A stretch of 64,000 nt of DNA, from NCBI GenBank assembly GCA_963841915.1, contig CAWJEN010000005.1, positions 1,250,717 to 1,314,716 on the forward strand. The letters are read 5' to 3'. Origin of the DNA: an uncultured Planctomycetota bacterium (GTDB taxonomy: Bacteria > Planctomycetota > Phycisphaerae > Tepidisphaerales > Tepidisphaeraceae). A model generated the notes under the pieces. The model was not told the DNA's origin. It saw nothing but the letters and a program-made list of their open reading frames with translations, and searched no databases. The position numbers and the translations under genes were made by a program. This document shows positions 28,262-36,719 of the stretch, one piece after another. Numbering within the stretch: position 1 is the stretch's first letter; every line of letters begins with the position of its first letter.

Positions 28262-29290
28262 ATGATGTACCGCCTGCAACCGTTCCTCTGGCTCCTGCGC
28301 GGCGGTTTCTGGCGGAAGCGCGGCTTAAGTCGTCTGCGGGCCAAGCGGCTCAGGACGCGACTCCGCCAACGCCCGGACCTTTCGGCCAAGCTGGCGGTCG
28401 TCATCGCGATGCTGGAGCACATGGGGGACGTCGTCTCCGTCGAGCCGATCATTCGCGAGGTCAGGCGACGGCACCCGGAGTCGCATCTGGTCTTCGCCGT
28501 CAAGCCGGTGTGGCGTGACCTTGTCGCGGCGCACCCTGACGTCGATGAAGTGCTGGACGTTGCGTGTCTGGGTGACTGGATCTTTCTCGCGGCAGACCAA
28601 ATCTTCGACCAAGTCTACGACCTGCAAACCCGCGGCCGATGGTGCAGCACGACCGAATTGTTCCACGAGCGGCCCGATGTCGCGGCAGACGTCGACATCC
28701 ACAACTACTACCACCGCGGCACGCTCCTCGATGCAGCTTTGGCCAGTGGTGGTCTTGACGGCATCGCAGTCGATCTGCAGCCGATCTTGCATCTGTCAGC
28801 AGCCGCGCACGAGCGGGCCGAGGCTGTTTCACCTGGCAAGCCCTTCGTCGTCATCCACACGCAGTCGAATCAGGCGTCTCGAAACTGGAACGTCCACGGC
28901 TGGCGACAGCTTGTGCTGCACCTTCGCGAGCAACACGGGCTCGAGGTCGTGCTGATCGGCATGCCTGACGAGTCGACGACTCCGACGGGCGTGCTCGACC
29001 TGCGCGGCAAGCTCAAAGTCGACGAGACGGCGGCCGTCATCGCAGCGGCAACATTATTTGTCGGCATCGACTCAGGCCCCGCACACATCGCCAACGCCGT
29101 CAGTACGCCCGGCGTCGTCATCCTCGGCGTCTACGGCAAGTACGATCGCTACATGCCGTTCACCGGCGGATATGGGAGCGGATCGACAGGAACGGTCCTG
29201 CACCACACGGCGTCGGCGGCCGAAACGCCTGCCGATGTCGTGCTGGCGGCGGTCGACGACCGGATTGCGTCGTCGCCACGCGGCGGATAA
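28262..29290 (+). CDS. Glycosyltransferase family 9
   Basis: HMGDVV, DLRGKL, FVGIDSGPAHIANA; start approximate. Confidence 0.88.
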   Translation: MMYRLQPFLWLLRGGFWRKRGLSRLRAKRLRTRLRQRPDLSAKLAVVIAMLEHMGDVVSVEPIIREVRRRHPESHLVFAVKPVWRDLVAAHPDVDEVLDVACLGDWIFLAADQIFDQVYDLQTRGRWCSTTELFHERPDVAADVDIHNYYHRGTLLDAALASGGLDGIAVDLQPILHLSAAAHERAEAVSPGKPFVVIHTQSNQASRNWNVHGWRQLVLHLREQHGLEVVLIGMPDESTTPTGVLDLRGKLKVDETAAVIAAATLFVGIDSGPAHIANAVSTPGVVILGVYGKYDRYMPFTGGYGSGSTGTVLHHTASAAETPADVVLAAVDDRIASSPRGG

Positions 29291-29300
29291 ACCATCTGCC

Positions 29301-29804
29301 GTGCAGCGGCGGAACCACTACGAAGTCGCCTTCGAGCAGTACCTGCGCCACCAACGCATGCCGTACGTCGCCGTCGATGAATCGAAGAAGGCCATCTTCT
29401 CAGGCAGCAAGCTCAAGAGTTTCGACTTTGTTGTCTACAGCCGCGGCGGCCCGAACCTGCTCGTCGACGTCAAAGGCCGTAAGGCAACAGACAACGCTTC
29501 GCTACAAACGTGGGCGACGCGGCGGGACGTGGACGATCTGTTTCAGTGGCAACGCGTGTTTGGTGATGATTTTCAAGCGATCTTCGCGTTCGTCTTCGAG
29601 GTCGACCCGATCCTGACGCCGCCGCCGGGGCACTTCTCGCTGCCGGCAACGGGTGACCAGTCGGCGAAGCATTACCTCATGCTGGCAGTGACGCTGGGCG
29701 ATTTTCGAGACCACATGGTGCGGCGGAGCGAACGGTGGAACACCGTGAGTCTGCCTGCGGATGATTTTCGACGTGCCGCCCGGCCGATCGTGGACCTGCT
29801 TTGA
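29301..29804 (+). CDS. HYExAFE family protein (PD-(D/E)xK-like, planctomycete)
   Basis: RRNHYEVAFEQYLR, YVAVDE, KSFDFVVY, LLVDVKGR. Confidence 0.85.
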   Translation: MQRRNHYEVAFEQYLRHQRMPYVAVDESKKAIFSGSKLKSFDFVVYSRGGPNLLVDVKGRKATDNASLQTWATRRDVDDLFQWQRVFGDDFQAIFAFVFEVDPILTPPPGHFSLPATGDQSAKHYLMLAVTLGDFRDHMVRRSERWNTVSLPADDFRRAARPIVDLL

Positions 29805-29878
29805 CAGCGAAACCTGCTTCGTTTTGGCCGCCACGTTGCCGTTGCTACCATGTCGCCGTGCGAAGAGCGATTCATGGC

Positions 29879-30130
29879 ATGCGACGTCTCGGCCTTGTAG
29901 CCGTTGCCTTGTTCCTGCTGGCCCCGGCCCCGATGGCCTCGGCTCAGCTGAATGAGGAAGAAAGCAAGAGGATTCGTGATGCCGATGGACGGCTGCGCGG
30001 TTACAACGAGACGAACGTCGTTCTCGAAGGCGGCGACAGCTACTTCGGCCCCTATTTTGCCTTTGCCGGCCTGACGCTGCTGGCGACGGTGTTCCTGTTC
30101 AAGGACGCTAAGCGCACGCACCTCGATTGA
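29879..30130 (+). CDS. Small exported/membrane protein (signal peptide plus C-terminal TM, FKDAKRTHLD)
   Basis: Signal peptide ending ASA; C-terminal TM followed by a basic tail; an in-frame GTG at 29858 is an alternative start. Confidence 0.7.
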   Translation: MRRLGLVAVALFLLAPAPMASAQLNEEESKRIRDADGRLRGYNETNVVLEGGDSYFGPYFAFAGLTLLATVFLFKDAKRTHLD

Positions 30131-30171
30131 GCTCGATCTTCGACTTCACCCGCCACAAGACGGAGCACCGC

Positions 30172-30492
30172 ATGAAAAGCAAACGACGCGACGCCTGGAA
30201 GACTCCGCTCATCGCTGCCCTCTGCGTCGCTAACGCGGCACTCGGGCTGTCGCTCGTGAGCGACGTGCTGCCCATCGACGGTGCCAGCCCCGCAACCGCG
30301 GCCATGCAGGTCGGGCGGCCCAGCGAGTACCTGATGATTCCCGCGCAGCTCACCAGCGCGAATCAGGAGATCATTTACATCGTCGACACTCAGTCGGGCG
30401 ATCTCACCGCAGCCGCCTTCCAGCGGAACAGCGGCATCAACTTCATCGCACCGCTCCGCCTCGGGCAGAGCTTCCAAAACGCAGGCCGCTAA
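30172..30492 (+). CDS. Small membrane-anchored hypothetical protein
   Basis: N-terminal TM; IIYIVDTQSGDL motif shared with the next gene. Confidence 0.65.
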   Translation: MKSKRRDAWKTPLIAALCVANAALGLSLVSDVLPIDGASPATAAMQVGRPSEYLMIPAQLTSANQEIIYIVDTQSGDLTAAAFQRNSGINFIAPLRLGQSFQNAGR

Positions 30493-30510
30493 CCCGCCAG
30501 GAGCTTCACT

Positions 30511-30840
30511 ATGCAAGACAACACACAAGCATTTGACGCATCATCGGCCAGCGGCGTCGATCGCCGCACCTTCTGGCTCGGCGTCTCGGCTGTCATCTTC
30601 GCCGTGCTCATCGCGGCCCACGCGTCCAGGCCTGACCTTGTTATGCCGGTCGCTACCGCAGGCGAAACCGTCGACGGCCGCGACTATTCCGTCGTCACCA
30701 GTGCCCAGCCCGACGGCAACGAAGCAATCTACGTTCTCGACAAGCGGACGGGTCTGCTGGCCTTCATCCAGTGGGACTCTACTGCTGGTCGGCCGGAAGT
30801 GATCGACATCAAGCCCGTTCAGGGAGCCTTCGGCGGCTGA
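30511..30840 (+). CDS. Small membrane-anchored hypothetical protein
   Basis: AGGAG SD; N-terminal TM; AIYVLDKRTGLL motif. Confidence 0.75.
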   Translation: MQDNTQAFDASSASGVDRRTFWLGVSAVIFAVLIAAHASRPDLVMPVATAGETVDGRDYSVVTSAQPDGNEAIYVLDKRTGLLAFIQWDSTAGRPEVIDIKPVQGAFGG

Positions 30841-30869
30841 TAGCTCAGGCTCGAGCTCGATACGCAGTC

Positions 30870-30903
30870 GACCAAGCCACTTCAGTGGCTTGGTCTTCTT
30901 TTT
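30870..30903 (+). terminator. Rho-independent terminator between convergent genes
   Basis: GACCAAGCCAC-TTCA-GTGGCTTGGTC followed by TTCTTTTT. Confidence 0.8.
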
Positions 30904-30917
30904 GATTCTTCACCACC

Positions 30918-31934
30918 TCAACGACCTTCGTTCCCGCTACCACCCGCTGCCGGTGTCTGTCGCGGGAACAACGCCTGGTCCTGCCGGAGATCGACGTATG
31001 CGGGCCAGCCGCTGGTGGCGAACACACGCTGGGCTTCTGCCAGGTTGGCGAGCTTGTCTTCCGGCCGAGGTTCGATGAGGAAGTCGCTGGCATTGGGCGG
31101 GCCGCCCCAGTAGACGCTTGTGCCGTAGCGCGTGCCGAGCACGACCGGCGACGAGTCGCCCGGAATGGTGTTGGTCAGGCCGGGCGTCGACACACCTGCC
31201 ACATCGATTGTCGTCACATCCGTTGCCTCGTCGCGGCCGTGTAGCAACTGCGCGGTGGCCAACGCGGCGACGAGTGCCTCGCTCCGCCACTTTGTTCCGG
31301 CTTCGTCGGGCGGTGCGACGTTCACGCCGGTGACGATCCGTACGCCGTCGGCTCGAATCTGCTCGCCAGACCGGATCGTCGCAGCGACAGAATCGTCGTA
31401 CGTCAGCGGGAGCAAGACGGCCCCGTCGTCGGATGCGGCGACGAGATGGTAGGTGTCGCCCCGACCCCCGGGCCAGTGCACCACTGCCGCCGGGCGACGC
31501 CACGAGCAGTCGACGTAGAGGCGATTATCGAGTCGTCGGACTTGGCCGACCTGGGCTACCCACGGGTCCTTTTCCAGCACCGCTACCGCAGCGTCGAGCA
31601 GGGCCGGGTCGAGCCGAGACGAAGGCGAAGCGGCGACGCCTTCGGCGATGCGTTCGCAGATCGACATCATGATCGTCTCACTCATCCACGTCGGCGGATG
31701 ATCGAGCACGACCGAAACGGCATCTGTCTCGCCAGGCACGACAACAGAATCCCGCACGTGTGCCGCAAGTGCGTTGTAGCCGACAAGGACGCTTCCAACG
31801 GCGACGACAACCGCCGCGACGCGGACGCTGCGACCCAGTACCTTTCGCCGCCGCTCGGCCTGCTCTTTGGCAGCCTTGACGGTCAGCTTGCGGGCGGGCT
31901 TTTTCTTATCGTGGTTCGGCGTGACGCGCGGCAT
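30918..31934 (-). CDS. FtsQ/DivIB-like bitopic membrane protein (divergent)
   Basis: Follows ddl; basic N-terminus plus TM; DPWVAQV..VRR, WRRPAAVV, C-terminal YVDLR. Confidence 0.65.
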   Translation of the reverse strand: MPRVTPNHDKKKPARKLTVKAAKEQAERRRKVLGRSVRVAAVVVAVGSVLVGYNALAAHVRDSVVVPGETDAVSVVLDHPPTWMSETIMMSICERIAEGVAASPSSRLDPALLDAAVAVLEKDPWVAQVGQVRRLDNRLYVDCSWRRPAAVVHWPGGRGDTYHLVAASDDGAVLLPLTYDDSVAATIRSGEQIRADGVRIVTGVNVAPPDEAGTKWRSEALVAALATAQLLHGRDEATDVTTIDVAGVSTPGLTNTIPGDSSPVVLGTRYGTSVYWGGPPNASDFLIEPRPEDKLANLAEAQRVFATSGWPAYVDLRQDQALFPRQTPAAGGSGNEGR

Positions 31935-32073
31935 GATGAAAGTCGGATCCTCCCTCTTGCGTATCGGACGCAAGCGGTAGATCCCGACAGGTTCAAGGTC
32001 GGACGGCTGACCGCCACTTCCGCAGTCGGTCACTTAGCGGACCCCTCATCCGACCGCCCGATGATGAGGCATT

Positions 32074-33021
32074 CTACGCGGCCTCGGCCCGTGATCGGCC
32101 GCGGCTCGCGGCGACCTGAACAAGTCGGTCGCACAGCTCGGCGAAGCACACGCCCGCCTGCCTCGCCGCGTCAGGCAGCAGCGATCGGCCGGTGAAGCCT
32201 GGCATCGTATTGACCTCCAGCAAAGCAAATGTCCCATCGCGACGGACAATGAGGTCCGCGCGAGACAAGTCGCGGCATCCGAGCGCGCTATGGGCTGCCA
32301 ACGATGCTGCTGAGATCTGCTCTGCAAGCTCGGCATCGACCGTTGGTGGAAGATCGAAGCGGTGACGGGCACCATCTGCCTGATACTTTGCCGCGTAGTC
32401 GAACCAGCCGCCGTCGACGGTGCTCGTGTCGATCCAGATCGGCGGCAGGGCGATGTCACCGAGGATCCCGACGGTCATTTCGAAACCGACGACGAGTTCC
32501 TCAATGATGCAGCGGCCGTAGCGGGCGACGAGATAGTTGACCGGCTCGGTGATGTCGCCGCCGTCGGGCCTGATGAAGACGTCGAGCGAGCTGCCGCCGC
32601 TGACAGGCTTGATGACGACGCCGTGCTCCGCCCGATGTGGCCCGGCAGTCGTGGCGAGCTCGCCTTGCGGTACGGGCAGCCCCGCTTCGGCCAGCACCCT
32701 CTTGGCAGCTGCCTTGTCCATAGCAACAGCCGCTGCCTCTGGTCCGCTACCGACATACGCAAAACCGCGTTGCTCCAGCTCGAGCTGCAACGGGCCACCT
32801 TCTCCCCACGCACCGTGCATGGCAGGGAAGACGACGTCGCAAGGTACATCGAGCGCTGACAGATCGTCCGGGGTCGCGTCGCAAAGTTTGACGCAGTGGC
32901 CCGCCTCGGCAAGCGACGCGGCGACAGCACGCCCGCTGGTGAGGCTGATGTCTCGTTCGGGATCGGGTCCGCCGGAAAGTACGGTGACGGTGAGTGGTCG
33001 TTGCATCGCTTGTTCCTTCAT
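32074..33021 (-). CDS. ddl: D-alanine--D-alanine ligase
   Basis: GGPDPERDISL, HGAWGEGG, KPVSGGSS, FDYAAKY, LEVNTMPG; ATGA overlap with murB. Confidence 0.93.
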   Translation of the reverse strand: MKEQAMQRPLTVTVLSGGPDPERDISLTSGRAVAASLAEAGHCVKLCDATPDDLSALDVPCDVVFPAMHGAWGEGGPLQLELEQRGFAYVGSGPEAAAVAMDKAAAKRVLAEAGLPVPQGELATTAGPHRAEHGVVIKPVSGGSSLDVFIRPDGGDITEPVNYLVARYGRCIIEELVVGFEMTVGILGDIALPPIWIDTSTVDGGWFDYAAKYQADGARHRFDLPPTVDAELAEQISAASLAAHSALGCRDLSRADLIVRRDGTFALLEVNTMPGFTGRSLLPDAARQAGVCFAELCDRLVQVAASRGRSRAEAA

Positions 33022-33959
33022 GCAGCGAGTGGGGCCGTCGGCCACTGTCGGACCTCGGGCAAGAGGATGACGCCGCTGACCTCAGCCACGCGTCGCCGGA
33101 CTGCCTCCATCAGAGACTCGACATCGCTGCTTCGGCAACCCTCGCCCGCGACGATGAAGTTGGCGTGATGATTGCTGACGCTGGCTCCGCCGATCGTCAG
33201 CCCCTTGCAACCGGCGGCATCGATGAGCCGGCCGGCCGAGTCGTCGGGCGGGTTCTTGAACGTACAGCCGCACGATCTGTTCTTGCCCATCGGTGGCTGA
33301 CTTGCCGTCTTGTAATCCCACACCTCGCGGGTGCGGCGTTGCACGTCGACCGCATCGTCGGCGAAAAGCTTGAAGGTGGCGCTGGCGACGAGGTCGCCGT
33401 CCGTCAAAGCTGAACTGCGATAACTGAGATGCAGATCGGAGCGGGACAGCTCGCGAGACGATCCGCTGGCATTGAGGATGGTGACGCTGGCCAGGCGTGA
33501 GCCGAGGTCGCCGTACTTGCCGCCCGCGTTCATGCGTACGCCACCACCGACGGTTCCGGGAATGCCGGCAAGGCACTCGACACCGGCCAGCCCTAGTTTG
33601 GCCATCTCGCGAACGAGCTTGAAAAGGTCGGTCCCACCACCGGCGGTGACCCGGGCGGTGCCGCCAACGTCGTGTTCGACCTTGATCTGGTGCCAATACG
33701 GGCGGCTTAGGCGGACGACACAGCCCTGGACGCCGTCGTCGGCGACAAGCAGGTTGGCCCCGAGACCGAGCGGATAGAACGGCATTCCGGTGTCACGGCA
33801 GGCGGTGACGACATTGCCTAGTTCCTCGAGGTCGGCCGGCTCGGCGAGATAACGGGCGGGGCCGCCGATGCGGTACCACGTGAGCGGCGCAAGCGACACG
33901 TGCTGCTCGACGCACGGCAACGATGCAACAACATCGGCCTTGGGCAGTGCAACGGTCAT
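33018..33959 (-). CDS. murB: UDP-N-acetylmuramate dehydrogenase
   Basis: RIGGPA, GANLL, GIPGTVGGGVRMNAG, FKNP, HANF. Confidence 0.93.
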   Translation of the reverse strand: MTVALPKADVVASLPCVEQHVSLAPLTWYRIGGPARYLAEPADLEELGNVVTACRDTGMPFYPLGLGANLLVADDGVQGCVVRLSRPYWHQIKVEHDVGGTARVTAGGGTDLFKLVREMAKLGLAGVECLAGIPGTVGGGVRMNAGGKYGDLGSRLASVTILNASGSSRELSRSDLHLSYRSSALTDGDLVASATFKLFADDAVDVQRRTREVWDYKTASQPPMGKNRSCGCTFKNPPDDSAGRLIDAAGCKGLTIGGASVSNHHANFIVAGEGCRSSDVESLMEAVRRRVAEVSGVILLPEVRQWPTAPLAA

Positions 33960-35431
33960 GCAGCCTCCTTGACAGCAGCGACGCCATCGACAAGCAACCG
34001 CCCGACCCGCCATACATCGCCCGCGCCCATGGTGACGACAAGATCGTTCGGCCGTACCTCCGCCAGTACGCGATGGGCGACGGCCTCGAACGTCTTGACG
34101 TGCTCTGCGTGCTGGCCGGCTCCGCGAATCCGCTCTGCCAGCGTGTCACTTGTGACGAAGCGGCGATCGTCGGCGGTATCCCGGACGCTGTAGATGTCAG
34201 GCAAGAAAACGAGGTCTGCCGCTGCGAAAGCGGTGGCAAAGTCGTTGAGAAGATGTCGCGTGCGACTGGCCTGGTGCGGCTGGAACACACAGATGAGGCG
34301 GCCGTCGCGGTCCGACAGGTATCGCTCCCGCAGTGCCCCGAGCGTAACGCGAATTTCAGTAGGGTGGTGGCCGTAGTCATCGACGACGTCAGCATCAACG
34401 CCGCTGACACGGCCGAGGTGTGACTGGCGTCGGTCAACGCCGCGGAAGTCGTTGACGGCCTCGGCAACCTGCTTTGTGTCGGCTCCCGCGGCGGTCGCCG
34501 TCGCGACGGCAAGCGCGGCGTTCGTCAAGTTGTGTCGGCCGGGCACCTTCAGGTCAAGCGTTGCCACCAGTCTGCCCTCGAAAAGTAATCGCCCCTGCGG
34601 ACGCCCGTCGACTTGACCAGCCGGAACAAGCGTCCAGTCGCAGCCCAGACCGGTGCCGACTTTCCAGGCACGCGGCCCGCTGAGGTCGCCGCTGTTGGGA
34701 TCATCGCCGTTGACGACGAGCAGCCCGTCAGCTGGCAGCAGGGCGGCGAAGGCGTTGAATGCTTCGAGGATTTCTGGCAATCCGCCGGGGTAGGTATCGA
34801 GGTGATCGGCTTCGATGTTGGTCACGACGCCCACACGCGGGCGCAGGTTAAGGAACGAGCGATCGTATTCGCAGGCCTCGACGACGAATGCCTCACCAGA
34901 CCCGCTTGCCGATCCGCCACCGAGCTGCGGGATGGTGCCGCCGACGACATAGGAGGGGTCGAGCCCGCAGCGGACGAGGGCGTAGCTGATCATGGCGCTG
35001 ACAGTTGTCTTGCCATGCGTCCCGGCCACGGCCACGCCTTGCCGTTCACCCATGACGCCGCCGAGCAGAGCGGCGTATCGAGTGACGGCAAGGCCGAGGC
35101 CGCGGGCTTTGATTAGCTCCGCGTTGTGTTCGTTCACTGCTGCCGTATGTACGACTAGGTCGACGCCCGCGTCGAGCAGCGAGCCGTCCTGGACGTTCCG
35201 CACCACACACCCGCGATGGCGGAGCTGGTCGATGACGTCGGAGTCGGCTGGGTCGGTGCCGGTGACGCGGGCGCCTGCGTCGAGCAGGACGCTCGCCAGG
35301 CCGCTCATTCCGCAGCCGCCGATACCTACGAAGTGCACCCGCCTGCCGTTGTAACGGCTCCGCGGGCGGTCCATGTCCGCGGAAGAAGGCTCGGGTGCGC
35401 CGACCGTCCGTGGTGGCGCAGGAGGCAACAT
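33956..35431 (-). CDS. murC: UDP-N-acetylmuramate--L-alanine ligase
   Basis: HFVGIGGCGMS, AGTHGKTT, EACEYD, NIEADHLD, DDYGHHPTE, FQPH. Confidence 0.95.
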   Translation of the reverse strand: MLPPAPPRTVGAPEPSSADMDRPRSRYNGRRVHFVGIGGCGMSGLASVLLDAGARVTGTDPADSDVIDQLRHRGCVVRNVQDGSLLDAGVDLVVHTAAVNEHNAELIKARGLGLAVTRYAALLGGVMGERQGVAVAGTHGKTTVSAMISYALVRCGLDPSYVVGGTIPQLGGGSASGSGEAFVVEACEYDRSFLNLRPRVGVVTNIEADHLDTYPGGLPEILEAFNAFAALLPADGLLVVNGDDPNSGDLSGPRAWKVGTGLGCDWTLVPAGQVDGRPQGRLLFEGRLVATLDLKVPGRHNLTNAALAVATATAAGADTKQVAEAVNDFRGVDRRQSHLGRVSGVDADVVDDYGHHPTEIRVTLGALRERYLSDRDGRLICVFQPHQASRTRHLLNDFATAFAAADLVFLPDIYSVRDTADDRRFVTSDTLAERIRGAGQHAEHVKTFEAVAHRVLAEVRPNDLVVTMGAGDVWRVGRLLVDGVAAVKEAA

Positions 35432-35495
35432 GTCGCGCCCACCCTAGCGGCGGCCACGCTCGATGCAAACGCTGTGGATGAACCCGGGATAGGGC

Positions 35496-36611
35496 TCATC
35501 GCCTACGACGCAGCATGGCAGCGCCGACCAATGCGACGAAACCGATCGAGGTCGGCTCCGGCACCGGGCGGGCGACGAAGGCGACGAGCTCACCGCCGAC
35601 AACTGCAGTGCCGGTGATGACGCCGCTCTCGTTGATGCCGGTCGCGTCGACAAGCCCGTCAATGCCGAGGTCATTGGCAAACAGCGTCGACAGGTCGTAG
35701 AGCGTGCCGTCGTCGTAGACAAAGGCGGCGTTGACGGGCGTAGGCATAAACGGGTTGCTGTCGTCGAAGCCCTGAATGCCACCGACAATGGTGCCAGCCT
35801 CGTTGATCGCGAGGGCAGAGCCGTCGGCATTGGCGATGCCGAGATCGCCGAGCAGTGTCACGCCACCCGTGCCGTCGAAGATGGCCGGCTGGCCGGATCC
35901 GCTGCCGGGGTTTTGGGTGCCGACAATGACGCCGCTGTCGCTCACGTCGTAAGCAAGGCCTGTGGAGAACTGGCCGGGCGGGCTGATCTCGACGAGCTCG
36001 GGTTCTGCCGCGCTGGCGCGGACGGCCTTGAACGGGCTGAAGCCGACGAACGCTGTGCCGACGAACTCCTCGGTGTTGCTGACACCTTCGAAGCCGGCCG
36101 TAGAGGTGAAGGGAATATCGACGTTGCCGTAGTTGACGAGCCCACCGGCTTGTGACCACGTGTAGGCAACCTGACCATTCGCGCTGCCGGCGGTGCCGAC
36201 GACGGTCCCGTTGTCGTTTACGGCATTGGCGAAGCCGAAGGTGCCACCGATGAAGTTGCCGATCGGCGTTGCGTTGCCGGCTGTATCCCATACGACCGCC
36301 TGTGCAAGGTTGGCGTCGTTGCGGCTTTCACCGACGATGAGGCCGCTGTTGTTGATGCCGCGAGCCTCGCCGCTGACCGTGACGCTGGAGACGTTGTCGA
36401 GGGTGACAACGCTGCCGTCGGGGTTCCATAGCACGCCGAAGGTGTTGCCGCTGCTATCTGCGGCTTGGCCGACGACTTGGCCCAGGTCATTAATCGCGCG
36501 GGCGGTTGAGCCGTCGAAGCCTGCATCGGGCAGAAGCTCGAGCGTGTAGCTCGGCTGAGCAAAGGCGGTCGACGTGACGATAAGGCCCGCAAGGGCGGTG
36601 ATACTCTGCAT
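35496..36611 (-). CDS. PEP-CTERM protein with HAF-like extracellular repeats
   Basis: Repeats ARAINDLGQVVG / ARGINNSGLIVG / ANAVNDNGTVVG / ALAINEAGTIVG; C-terminal VPEP-TM-RRRR. Confidence 0.88.
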   Translation of the reverse strand: MQSITALAGLIVTSTAFAQPSYTLELLPDAGFDGSTARAINDLGQVVGQAADSSGNTFGVLWNPDGSVVTLDNVSSVTVSGEARGINNSGLIVGESRNDANLAQAVVWDTAGNATPIGNFIGGTFGFANAVNDNGTVVGTAGSANGQVAYTWSQAGGLVNYGNVDIPFTSTAGFEGVSNTEEFVGTAFVGFSPFKAVRASAAEPELVEISPPGQFSTGLAYDVSDSGVIVGTQNPGSGSGQPAIFDGTGGVTLLGDLGIANADGSALAINEAGTIVGGIQGFDDSNPFMPTPVNAAFVYDDGTLYDLSTLFANDLGIDGLVDATGINESGVITGTAVVGGELVAFVARPVPEPTSIGFVALVGAAMLRRRR

Positions 36612-36719
36612 GTGTCTCTCCGGAATAAGGTCTCTGCGGCACATCCTAACGGATAGATGCGACCTGATACAACTTGATCAACAGAGACTGTCTAGCGATC
36701 ATTGGAGCTGCGGTTGGCG

